DNA of 13,477 bases. It comes from Octopus sinensis. Its lineage: Eukaryota. Under the pieces are notes generated by a model. It was given only the letters and a program-made list of their open reading frames with translations, was not told the DNA's origin and ran no database searches. Of the stretch, positions 1 through 10,085 are shown piece by piece. The stretch spans positions 1 through 13,477 of the forward strand of contig NW_021826184.1 of assembly GCF_006345805.1 (NCBI RefSeq), in the 5' to 3' direction. How positions within the stretch are numbered: the first letter of the stretch is position 1; the number at the start of each line of letters is the position of its first letter. The position numbers were made by a program, and so were the translations under genes.

Positions 1-221
1 TGTTTCAACGAAGTCGTGTCTCGCCTTGACCTTCAACACGCGGAGTAGATGAAACAAAGGCGACTGAAGAAGGGGAATTTTCCTTGTGTTGTATGTCCTG
101 TACTCTATTTTTTCGTTGTTTAAGAAAAATGTCCATTTCCTTGGTTTTGTGTTTATGTTTTCGTTTCTCATTGTGTTCGACGTTTTTTTTTGGTATCCTG
201 TACCCATATATGCATGTATAT

Positions 222-292
222 ATACATGTAGATGTAGGTACGTACATATATGTATGTTTATATGTTTTATCTATTAATTTGTTATTATATAT

Positions 293-360
<68 letters not shown>

Positions 361-419
361 GATGTAGGTACGTACGTATATGTATGTATATATGCATATG
401 TTTTATCTATTAATTTGTT

Positions 420-422
<3 letters not shown>
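222..422. repeat. Tandem duplication of a ~65-70 bp unit separated by (TA)n
   Basis: tacatgtagatgtaggtacgtac...atgttttatctattaatttgttat occurs at ~222-288 and ~352-422. Confidence 0.85.
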
Positions 423-501
<79 letters not shown>

Positions 502-621
502 ATATATATACATATACATGTGTGTGTACTTATATGAGTATACCTATAAACATAGTTACACAATTCTTACATAAAAGCACAGACTCACACATACGCACAC
601 ACATATATATATATATAATAT

Positions 622-678
<57 letters not shown>
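285..678. repeat. (TA)n microsatellite cluster (~285-352, ~423-511, ~604-678)
   Basis: Directly visible dinucleotide runs. Confidence 0.95.
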
Positions 679-680
<2 letters not shown>

Positions 681-883
681 GCAGGCATTCATACATACAT
701 ATATGCACAGAGACCTATAAATACACATAAAACACCTGCCTTCAATGCAACCAATGACAACAGTTTTACATTTAAAAACACTTAGCTGGTAAACAAACAG
801 CAAAAATGGTTAATATGCAGATCGTGGCTGGAGGCGATCTGATTAATATGGCTGCCACGATGTCTGGGAATGAATCAACTGAC

Positions 884-970
884 CTGTAAGCCGAGGAAAC
901 AGAGAAATATTGACGTTGGTATTCCTAGAATACCTTCTGGGTCGAAAGGAATCTTCGTCTTGTAGTCTTC
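884..970 (-). CDS. HGSNAT: HGSNAT internal coding exon (approx. human exon 14), 87 nt
   Basis: Acceptor ttattggcAG|GAA, donor CAG|GTcagt. Translates EDYKTKIPFDPEGILGIPTSIFLCFLGLQ, with the hallmark DPEGILG. Phase 0/0. Confidence 0.96.
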
Positions 971-1011
971 CTGCCAATAAACACACAATAAAAAAGAGAA
1001 AAGCATTAATA

Positions 1012-1294
1012 TCATCAGCGTCGTTAACATTATCGTCGTCATCGTCATCGTTGTCGTCATTTTTATTTTCGTCGCTGATGTCAACACCATCTTCGTCATC
1101 GTCGTCGTCGTCATCATCATCATCATCATCAACATCATTCCCTTTACTACCGTCACCACCACTACCACCACTACCACCAGCATCCACATCATCTTCATCA
1201 TCTTTATTGTTATCTTCATTATCAACATCGTCATCATCATTATCATCATTTGCTGCTGCTTAATGTTGCTTCTGCTGCTGCTGCTGCTGCTACT

Positions 1295-1341
<47 letters not shown>

Positions 1342-1410
1342 GCTATTACTACTACTACTACTACTACTAATACTGCTGCTGCTGCTGATGCTGCTGCTGT
1401 TGCTGTTGCA
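1012..1410. repeat. Compound trinucleotide tract (TCA/TCG, CCA/CTA, GCT)n
   Basis: Visible triplet runs; source of the poly-D, poly-S and poly-T ORFs. Confidence 0.9.
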
Positions 1411-1464
1411 CCTATGAATGAGGAAGCTGCTTCAAACTATAGCGTCATCCGAGTGAGGTACAGT

Positions 1465-1483
1465 GACAGACAGACAGACAGAC

Positions 1484-1579
<96 letters not shown>

Positions 1580-1592
1580 GTAAATAGACAGG

Positions 1593-1672
<80 letters not shown>

Positions 1673-1810
1673 CAGATAGACAGACTGTCAGACAGGTTGA
1701 TAGACTATTAAATAGATAGACAGATAGATATACACACACACATACGCACACATACAGGCAGACAGACAGATAGATAGATAGATAGATAGATAGAGAGGGA
1801 GAGAGAGAGA
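1465..1810 (+). repeat. Composite microsatellite cassette, copy 1: (GACA)/(GATA)n - unique core - (CA)n - (GACA)(GATA) - (GA)n
   Basis: The unique core gtcagacaggttgatagactattaaatagatagacag starts at 1687 and recurs at 5576 and, inverted, at ~6201-6245. Confidence 0.85.
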
Positions 1811-1960
1811 AGTTAGTCTATAGCTACTCTATTTCAGTCTTTCTCTCCCCTCCGTCTCTCCCTTTGTCTCCCTTTCTCTCTCTCTCTCCATGTATATGTG
1901 TGTGTATGTGAATGTGTCTGTGTGCTTGAACACACACATATATATACATAAACAGATGCA

Positions 1961-2007
<47 letters not shown>

Positions 2008-2104
2008 CGGAGTAAACACATAAATGTGAAACAAGGTGGAAAAAAGAGTACTCAAATACCAGGGGTAGAGTAATATACTATATTTAAAGCAGCAGAAAAT
2101 TCAA

Positions 2105-2153
2105 CAAAACCTGTTACTCTGAGTTTCACGTTTCCGTTCGTCGGACAGTTTTG
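2105..2153 (-). ncRNA. Minimal type I hammerhead ribozyme-like motif, sense to HGSNAT pre-mRNA
   Basis: Minus strand reads CAAAA-CTGT CCGACGA ACG GAAA CGT GAA ACTC A GAGT A ACAG-G-TTTTG. Stem I is 9 bp with one bulged G. Predicted cleavage between 2115 and 2114. Confidence 0.55.
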
Positions 2154-2164
2154 CTAGAATCTAG

Positions 2165-2214
2165 CAAAAACTGTCCGACGAACGGAAACGTGAAACTCAG
2201 AGTAACAGGTATTG
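2165..2214 (+). ncRNA. Minimal type I hammerhead ribozyme-like motif (variant core)
   Basis: Stem I CTGT(2171-74)/ACAG(2205-08). Core CCGACGA (2175-81). Stem II ACG-GAAA-CGT. GAA, then palindromic stem III ACTC-A-GAGT. Predicted GUA cleavage after 2204. Departs from consensus at U4 (C here) and at the 10.1-11.1 pair (A-U). Confidence 0.55.
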
Positions 2215-2240
2215 TTGAATTTTCTGCTGCTTTAAATAAA

Positions 2241-2291
<51 letters not shown>

Positions 2292-2536
2292 CATACGCAC
2301 ACACATGCATATATACATTTATGCATACATAAATATATGCATATAGAATCATACATGCACACATGCGCGCACATGCACATACGTACTCACACACACATAT
2401 ACACATACGTACACTCTCACGTGCACATATGTATTTTAATACACACACGCATTTCGGAGTTTCCGCATCGTCGCTTATACTTCGAAATATTCCTTAACAG
2501 TAAACCTTCTCTTTGGGATAAATCCTTTACTCACAA

Positions 2537-2841
2537 CTAGCAGTATCGCCCGGCGTTGCTCGGGTTTGTAAGGGAAATAACTATATAAGCATTTTTAGAG
2601 AGTTACTTCCCTTATATAACCCGAGCAAAAATCATTAAAAATGCGGAAAAATGATGGTAATTTTTTTTTAATCGTAATCTCATCGTAGACGCGCGCTAAT
2701 ACCCAGAAGGGCTCGATATGAATGACGACTATAAGATACCCGCTTTTGGTTAAACTGCACCGCAAAATGTGAGAGTAGTTAGGAATCTAAATCGGAGGAG
2801 ACAGAGTCTCACACACACAACTTCAATTTTATATATAAAGA
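2537..2841 (-). mobile_element. Non-autonomous Helitron (305 bp)
   Basis: On the minus strand: 5' A|TCTTTATATATAAAA..., a GC-rich subterminal hairpin cccgagcaacgccggg (plus 2549-2564), and 8 nt later 3' CTAG|T. Inserted between A and T with no TSD, the canonical Helitron termini. Confidence 0.8.
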
Positions 2842-3151
2842 TATGACTACTTAAGCACTAAAAAAAATACCGTGTCTCACAACTCATAGCTGACCATTCT
2901 CCTTTCTTTTGCTTTTTATTTCTTCCTGTAGCCCTTTTTAAAGACGAACAGAGTCGGCAGCAGCGGCTCATTTCCAATGTACTGACATCTAATACTTCCA
3001 GTCTTATCTTACTTCCGGTCTTACCGTAGCCCAGTTGTTAGGTTGGATTTTAGAATAAAGGAACGAGGCTCTTGATGGTATCAACAAACGCATTTCTATT
3101 CATTAAGTTATATTAAATCAATATCTATCTATCAATCTATCTACCTATCTT

Positions 3152-3830
3152 TCTGACCTGTGGGCTTATGTTGAACGACTGCTGTCACATGTGGGACGAG
3201 TCGGTTTATCAGCTGAATCTATCGTCACGCCTCCTTCCTGCAAACGGGAAGGAAGAGCTATTTTCATCATACTTGTGGCTATGGCGAAAGAATGTATCTG
3301 GTGGACGCGTCTGAAAGGATTAGAGACAAACACTTCCCTCTCTGGTCAATCTCTTATCAACTTCTTCAAGTATCAATTGAAAAGGAAAGTGAGAGTAGAG
3401 AGGCAAGTTTTGTCGAGCGAATGTTTCAAAAAAAGATGGGTGAATGTAGCAAGGATGGCACGTATGAATGACGAAGCCACCTTAAGCATAATCCTATGAA
3501 CCCGAAAAAATTTAAAAGAGAGTTACTTACTAACAAATAAATGTGTTAACATGTGACATTATTGACCCAGGTTACCATGGTCAATCCGTAGGTTTTTCTT
3601 TCCACGGGTAAACCTTATCTGCTTCCCCCTTTACACTTTACATCACGACATTTCTGTGATACACGATCCCTATTGATCATTTTTTCTCTCTTTTTACGAT
3701 CCCTTTTGATCGAAAACCTACCCCCTTTTTATTTTTTATTTTCATTTCATTTTTTTTTCTCCCCAAAAAGAAAAGCTCTTCTTTGTAATTTGTCCCCTCT
3801 GTGTTCAGCCCTGTGTGTCTAATAAAGAAA
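3152..3830 (+). mobile_element. 5'-truncated non-LTR retrotransposon 3' end (L1/Tx1-like ORF2 C-terminus plus 3' UTR)
   Basis: Open frame 3155-3499, DLWAYVERLLSHVGRVGLSAESIV...AMAKECIWWTRLKG...LINFFKYQLKRKVRVER..., resembles the ORF2 segment after the CCHC knuckle of L1/Tx1 elements. It is followed by a pyrimidine-rich UTR and AATAAA at 3821-3826. Clade assignment is from pattern recall. Confidence 0.6.
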
Positions 3831-4087
3831 CATATCTATCGCTCTGCTAGATATCGGTTGGTGACATCTTGTTTAAAAGAGCATGGGAGGGTAAAGATGC
3901 TGCCGAGTTGCGTGAACTATGAAATTTCTTCGATCTATATATCAACGATACTTATTTGAAAAGTATTTTATATGATATTTTTCTCTTCCGAATAGATACT
4001 GAACTAAAGTCTTCTGCATTGTTATACAGACAAAGAGCTCAGCCACGTTGTAAGCGCGACCAAATGTCTTGGATATGGTATCTAGGA

Positions 4088-4512
4088 TACTCTTTTACTC
4101 TTATACTCTTTTACTTGTTTCAGTCATTTGACTGCGGCCATGCTGGAGCACCGCCTTTAGTCGAGCAAATCGACCCCAGAACTTATTCTTTGTAAGCCCA
4201 GTACTTATTCTATAGGCCTCTTTTGCCGAATCGCTAAGTGACGGAGACGTAAACACACTAGCATCGGTTGTCAAGCAATGCTAGGGGGACAAACACAAAC
4301 ACACAAACATATACACACACATACACATATATATATATATATGCATATATACGACGGGCTTCTTTCAGTTTCCATCTACCAAATCCACTCACAAGGCATT
4401 GGTCGGCCCGGGGCTATAGCAGAAGACACTTGCCCAAGGTGCCACGCAGTGGGACTGAACCCGGAACCATGTGGTTTGTAAGCAAGCTACTTACCACACA
4501 GTCACTCCTGCG
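4088..4512 (-). mobile_element. Full-length tRNA-derived SINE (octopus OR-type, CORE-like)
   Basis: Head cgcaggagtgactgtgtggtaag, B-box-like ggttcagtccc, CORE-like gcaccttgggcaagtgtctt, internal (TA)/(TG) tract and (GAGTAAAA)-like tail. Highly similar to the copy at 9697-10085. Confidence 0.88.
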
Positions 4513-4719
4513 CAAGTTAAAGATGTAAATTTCTGAAGAATAACTTAAATTCGAAACGTAGAGACACTTCCATTTTCTTAATCTTTCAATTCAGTGTTTA
4601 AACTAATAAATGCAATTTGCTTTTACTCTCTTCATCGTTGCTTAATTTCGTCATAACTGTTATACACACATGGTACATATGTACATATGTATAACCATAG
4701 AAAAAACCTGTGCCCTTAC

Positions 4720-4846
4720 CTTGATTGTCGGATGCTGGTAGAGATGACTTTCTCCTAACACCATTTTATCCACGTATTGCGCTGCTCCACCGGTGCAGTT
4801 GTAGTACTGTCCACCTTCACTTATTCCTCCGGGACCAAGATATCCA
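4720..4846 (-). CDS. HGSNAT: HGSNAT internal coding exon (approx. human exon 13), 127 nt
   Basis: Acceptor tttttgcAG|T, donor AAG|GTaagg. Translates (T)[42 protein letters not shown], with the hallmarks GYLGPGG, NCTGGAA and HLYQHP. Confidence 0.97.
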
Positions 4847-4904
4847 CTGCAAAAACATACGAACATTAAGAGTGAAACTATCAGTATACTTCTTGCTGTT
4901 ACTA

Positions 4905-4907
4905 CTT

Positions 4908-4941
<34 letters not shown>

Positions 4942-4994
4942 AACAACAACTACTACTACTATACTACTACTACTACTACTACTACAACTACTAT

Positions 4995-5030
<36 letters not shown>

Positions 5031-5080
5031 CACTAATACTGCTGCTGCTGCTGCTGCTACTACTACTACTACTACTACTG
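4905..5080. repeat. (CTA)n/(GCT)n microsatellite
   Basis: Visible triplet runs just upstream (in transcript direction) of the 4846 acceptor. Confidence 0.9.
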
Positions 5081-5113
5081 AAACGCAATGAGCGGACATT
5101 TCTGAGCGGAATT

Positions 5114-5186
5114 TCGATTTGCTCGACTAAAGGCGGTGCTCCAGCATGGCCACAGTCAAATGACTGAAACAAGTAAAAGAGTAAAA
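5114..5186 (+). mobile_element. 3' tail fragment of the same SINE family
   Basis: tcgatttgctcgactaaaggcggtgctccagcatggccacagtcaaatgactgaaacaagtaaaagagtaaaa matches ~10008-10080. Confidence 0.85.
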
Positions 5187-5283
5187 AAAGTATTAATTCC
5201 ATGAAATATTCATGGGTCCCACTTAAATCCTTAAATCCTTAAAAATGTTTTAGCCCGAAGGCCGCGGCCATGCTTGGGCACTT

Positions 5284-5380
5284 GTTTATTCTAAATGTAC
5301 CAGTGTCTTTCCAGCCTTCTGTTTTGTTATACATACATACAGACAGACAGACAGATGGATAGACAGACGGATAGACAGAC

Positions 5381-5470
<90 letters not shown>

Positions 5471-5502
5471 TGATAGATAGATAGACAGACGGATAGACAG
5501 AC

Positions 5503-5569
<67 letters not shown>

Positions 5570-5676
5570 CAGACCGTCAGACAGGTTGATAGACTATTAA
5601 ATAGATAGACAGACAGATATATACACACACACACACATACAGACAGACAAACAGATAGACAGACAGACAGACAGAC

Positions 5677-5707
<31 letters not shown>

Positions 5708-5716
5708 CATAGAGAC

Positions 5717-5777
<61 letters not shown>

Positions 5778-5804
5778 TTGATAGATAGATATATATATAG
5801 AGAG

Positions 5805-5888
<84 letters not shown>

Positions 5889-5890
5889 TT
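5284..5890 (+). repeat. Composite microsatellite cassette, copy 2, with unique leader and long (GATA)n
   Basis: Leader 5284-5340, core at 5576, flanking (GATA)/(GACA)/(GA) runs. Confidence 0.85.
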
Positions 5891-5984
5891 CTCTCTCTAT
5901 CTCTCGCTCACTCTCCCTCTCTATAGAAGGAAACATGTGAAGGAACAACAAGCTGGTTTAACGCTCAGGAAGGATGGAAAAGTT

Positions 5985-6018
5985 TTTGACGCTTCGAGCC
6001 TATGCTCTTTGTCAGAAA
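5985..6018 (-). other. Degenerate minimal hammerhead relic of a second family
   Basis: Minus strand TTT CTGACAA A GAGC-ATAG-GCTC GAAGC GTC AAA versus canonical CTGANGA...GAAACGTC. Stem II is intact but there are two core substitutions. Confidence 0.4.
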
Positions 6019-6200
6019 GGATTAAGAGAAAACAAAATGGAGAGAGACACAAAACGTGTAGGGAATTAACGTTTCAACATGACGATGATGATGTTGCTTG
6101 TGTGTGTGTGTGTATGTGTGTGTGTATAACTATATGTGTGTGTAATCAGTAATTCGTTCTCAAGACATTAATCGGCCAAGAGCTATAGACGAAGTCACTC

Positions 6201-6397
<197 letters not shown>

Positions 6398-6890
6398 TAG
6401 TGGGAACCATGCTCGGTGGAACTGAACTCCAAACAACGTGGTTACGAAATTACAAAACAGTTATGCCTGCTACATACTCATTACAAATAAATGAAAGAAT
6501 GTATAAATAAATAAATAAATAAATAAATTAGAATTTTGTAGCGATTTTAAATTAAAAAAAGGAAATGCATTTTAAAAATATTTTATTAATGACGGATCAC
6601 AGGCATTCATTTAGTTACAACAAAAATACATGAACATATTTTTATATCATTTGTAAAAAAAAAATGATATATTAAATAAAAATGCATATGTAAGCAAATG
6701 CGTGATTCACGTAAAAACAAGTTAAACCGTTAATAAATTGTTTTTTGTTATTGATTAAAGAAAATAAATTACATTGAAATTTTTAAATATTTAATTATTT
6801 GTGTCAGTTTATTAAAACGTGTTTAATGGAACATTTTTGATGCCATATAGGGCGGATTTAATTGTGTTGCATGCTCTTGGTTATTAATTT

Positions 6891-7030
6891 TTTACTTTTA
6901 TTTTGTATCTTTTGCTTGCTCCAGTCATTGGACTGCGACCATGTTAGGACACCGCCTTCCTTCAAGGTATTTTGTTTTTGTTTTTTGATCGAGCGAATCG
7001 ATCCCAGTGCATACTTTTTTAAGCCTTGTA
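6891..7030 (-). mobile_element. Diverged SINE 3' tail fragment
   Basis: cagtcattggactgcgaccatgttaggacaccgcc...tcgagcgaatcgatcccag resembles 4120-4200. Confidence 0.7.
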
Positions 7031-7233
7031 CGTATATTTCTGTATACGCGTATATAAGCATCTTTACATACTTTAAAACATCCCTAAAGACAAACAGTTG
7101 AAGGCAATACATTTTAAATAAAGGAAAAAGAACCGAAAACACAAAATTATGATATCAAACACAAATTTAAAACAAAGAAACTTTTGGTCTGTAGAGCCAA
7201 CGAATTTATTTTATTTATTTAATTTCAACTTAC

Positions 7234-7355
7234 GTGGGACAACCCGGAACCGGAAGAGCGAATGTTATTCCAATATGGACGGCGAGCAAGGCAAAGTTGA
7301 GAAACCACTCGGGCCAGTAGAGCAAAATATCGCGGAATGGAGATAACTGTTTCGC
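7234..7355 (-). CDS. HGSNAT: HGSNAT internal coding exon (approx. human exon 12), 122 nt
   Basis: Acceptor catcttcAG|GCG, donor AC|GTaagt. Translates [40 protein letters not shown](T), with the HGSNAT motif LPVPGCPT. Confidence 0.96.
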
Positions 7356-7384
7356 CTGAAGATGAAACACAATGGTATTGTATA

Positions 7385-7423
7385 TATTATGCCTATACAT
7401 ACATACATGCATACATACATACA

Positions 7424-7507
<84 letters not shown>

Positions 7508-7890
7508 CAATATATATATACATATATATATACATACATATATATATATATATATTTAGAGAGAGAGAGAGAGAGAGACATACATATACAAGTATATCTA
7601 CATACATATGTACATATACGCAGACATATATGTGTGTATGTATATATTTGTATGTAAAAACATATATATATATATATATTATACCCACACTACACATATT
7701 TGATAATTTATATTATATATGTATATATAATAATCATATATGTATATATATCTGTGTGTACGTGCATATATATGTATATGTGTGTGTGCGCGTATGTGTG
7801 TGTGTGTGTGTGTTTGCGGTTCCTGTTATATAAATGCATATATATGTGTGCGCGTGCGCAAGTAAATAAATGATTGTATATATATATATG
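7385..7890. repeat. (TACA)n/(TA)n/(GA)n/(TG)n compound microsatellite
   Basis: Visible runs. Confidence 0.9.
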
Positions 7891-8715
7891 ATGTATATCT
7901 GCGGGACGAAAGCTGTATCCGTAACGGATTAGGTAGCTCGATGTTCATTGGTCAAAACTTGTCCTCTATTCGAATATACAGCGATTCAGAAGCATATTTG
8001 AGTAGATAATTATTTCAGGGAAGATAACCCAAAACAACAACAAAGCTCATCAAGGGATAACCTACATTGCATTACTTGTTATATCTGATGGGTATAGACT
8101 TTTGTGTATAGGCTTGGGACTTTCTGTATATAGGTCTGGAATCTTCTGATAGGAATTTTCCCTGATGGCGGCAGTTAGACATCACATCATACCTTTGATT
8201 AACCTTTGATTAGTAACGCCGGCTACCTTACAATCGGAAATTTTTTTCCTTGTAGACAAAGCCTGCAATTCGTGAACCCTTTAAATACGAGCTGAATGGA
8301 TCGACGAAGGAGTTCAATAAAGGAGTTCAGAATTTACGGATACAGGTGGCGATTTTCCTGTCACTTGAAGTAAATGAGTGTAAATATTAGTAGCAACGGG
8401 CTTTAAAAGCGATGGCATATATGCCGTACGTGAAACTGCCGAAACTCCGACTAACAATGGCATGTATCACCAATTTATTTCTAATATATACGTATGAGCA
8501 TGTGTGCGTGTATATTGCATTATATAAATATAGTGATCCGAATACACAGCAATGTGTATAGAGCATAGGTGTCAGTGTTGTTTAGCACAAGGTCAGCCAC
8601 TTTGAGAAAGATTTGACTGTTAACTCAAGTAAGGCAAGCAACTATTTAGCGGCTCCTTCGTTAACTCGTTAACACATATAACATCGTGTGTGTGTGTCTG
8701 TGTATGTGTTCCTAC

Positions 8716-8828
8716 CTTTTGGCTGTCATCCACCCTGGCAAACACAGTTACCATTAATGCCAAGAACAAATAAGTCAGAGAGAATCTTTGAAGAACTCCA
8801 GGAATACGAAGCTTGTCTAATTCAACAG
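8716..8828 (-). CDS. HGSNAT: HGSNAT internal coding exon (approx. human exon 11), 113 nt
   Basis: Acceptor ttatttgtAG|CT, donor AAG|GTagga. Translates (P)VELDKLRIPGVLQRFSLTYLFLALMVTVFARVDDSQK, containing the HGSNAT hallmark RIPGVLQR. Confidence 0.96.
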
Positions 8829-8844
8829 CTACAAATAACAATAA

Positions 8845-8876
8845 AAATAATAATAATAATGATGATAATAATAATA

Positions 8877-8926
<50 letters not shown>
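8845..8926. repeat. (AAT)n microsatellite
   Basis: Visible run immediately before the 8828 acceptor on the minus strand. Confidence 0.95.
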
Positions 8927-9339
8927 TTGTCAGTTGTTTGACCTTAACCAGTTGAGCATGTCCCTTAGTGGCTGACAATGTGTGCATCTCTGATCACGAG
9001 TAGTGGGGGAGCATCATAGCCATGTGTTGAGAGGGATTCTTTGGAGTTTGAATAATTCACCTCTGGAAACATAAGTGTTTCGTTCAACATCCTAAAGCAA
9101 CCCTTATTCAGGGACCTTTTGAGCAGGATGGGCTACTCGACCTGAAGAAAATTCTAACTGGGCCCCACCTGCAAGGTCATGTGCTGTTTATCTTGATATG
9201 AGATCACCATGTCGCGCACATATGGTTGTGATGCATGTGCCTAGTGTACCCTTATCAGACGGGTAGTCATGATGGGTATATTGGGCTTCGTATATTTTAC
9301 CCCAGTGTCACTTTGATGGCATGAACTGCTCTCTCACTC
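8927..9339 (+). repeat. Probable dispersed repeat (retroelement 3' end-like) bounded by (AAT)n on both sides
   Basis: A ~410-bp complex block of higher GC with no ORF, ending ctctctcactc(aat)n. No second copy in the window, so repeat status is inferred. Confidence 0.4.
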
Positions 9340-9349
9340 AATAATAATA

Positions 9350-9401
<52 letters not shown>

Positions 9402-9409
9402 TAATAATA

Positions 9410-9472
<63 letters not shown>

Positions 9473-9599
9473 TAATAATAATGGTCCCAAATTTTGGCGC
9501 AAAGATAGCAACTTCGGAGAAGGGGTACGTCGATTTCATCAACCCCACTGCTCAACTGGTATTTATTTCATTGTCCCCGAGGGGGGGGGAGACAAAGTT
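9340..9599 (-). mobile_element. 3' half of a second SINE family with (ATT)n tail (9340-9482)
   Basis: Minus strand ...ataaataccagttgagcagtggggttgatgaaatcgac...gccaaaatttgggacc(att)n resembles a recalled octopus SINE tail. It shares a ggggtYgat motif with the other SINE family. Confidence 0.55.
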
Positions 9600-9696
9600 T
9601 TTCATTTTACAGCCATTATATACTACCCGGTTTATTAAAGGTTTACACAGTGCGATATTTTCATTTCTTAAGTTTATCTCTTTTTACAGATTTCCA

Positions 9697-10085
9697 GGCG
9701 CAGGAGTGGCTGTGTGGTAAGTAGCTTGCTTACCAACCACATGGTTCCGGGTTCATTCCCACAGCGTGGCACCTTGGGCAAGTGTCTTCTAAAATAGCCT
9801 CGGGCCGACCAAAGCCTTGTCAGTGGATTTGGTAGACGAAAACTGAAAGAAGCCCGTCGTATATATATATGTATGTGTGTGTATGTGTTTGTCTACCCAA
9901 CATCGCTTGACAACCGATGCTGGTGTGTTTACGTCCCCGTAACTTAGTGGTTCGACAAATGAGACCGATAGAATAAGTACTAGGCTTCCAAAGAATAAGT
10001 CCTGGGGTCGATTTGCTCGACTAAAGGCGGTGCTTCAGCATGGTCGCAGTCAAATGACTGAAACAATTAAAAGAGTAAAGAGAGT
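9697..10085 (+). mobile_element. Full-length tRNA-derived SINE (octopus OR-type, CORE-like)
   Basis: A-box-like tggctgtgtgg, B-box-like ggttcattccc, CORE-like gcaccttgggcaagtgtctt and tail aagagtaaagagag. About 12 mismatches over ~165 nt of head versus 4350-4512 by manual count. Confidence 0.88.

Larger units (their letters stand above)
2005..2238. mobile_element. Dispersed element with terminal fold-back carrying hammerhead-like motifs; probable Penelope-like pseudo-LTR or retrozyme-type fragment
   Basis: 2006-2148 is an inverted, diverged homologue of 11610-11755. 2081-2157 and 2161-2238 are near-perfect inverted arms. Abuts (TA)n. The family assignment is inference from the ribozyme-like motif and the inversion. 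Confidence 0.65.

Noticed and set aside
50-90. GAAAC...CTGAAGA plus hairpin, a possible hammerhead at the window start
   Set aside because: No GAAA follows stem II, no NUH or stem III partner is found in any permutation, and upstream context is cut off.
815-862. Overlapping 7-8 bp inverted repeats (cagatcg/cgatctg, atcgtggc/gccacgat) near the 884 donor
   Set aside because: Too short to distinguish from chance.
7913-8345. 12-bp perfect inverted repeat ctgtatccgtaa/ttacggatacag, a possible MITE
   Set aside because: It cannot be extended and has no TSD. A few 12-bp inverted matches are expected by chance in 13.5 kb.
9697-9775. tRNA genes at SINE heads (also 4440-4512 and 12135-12200)
   Set aside because: A/B-box similarity only, with no complete cloverleaf. 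These are SINE-derived.
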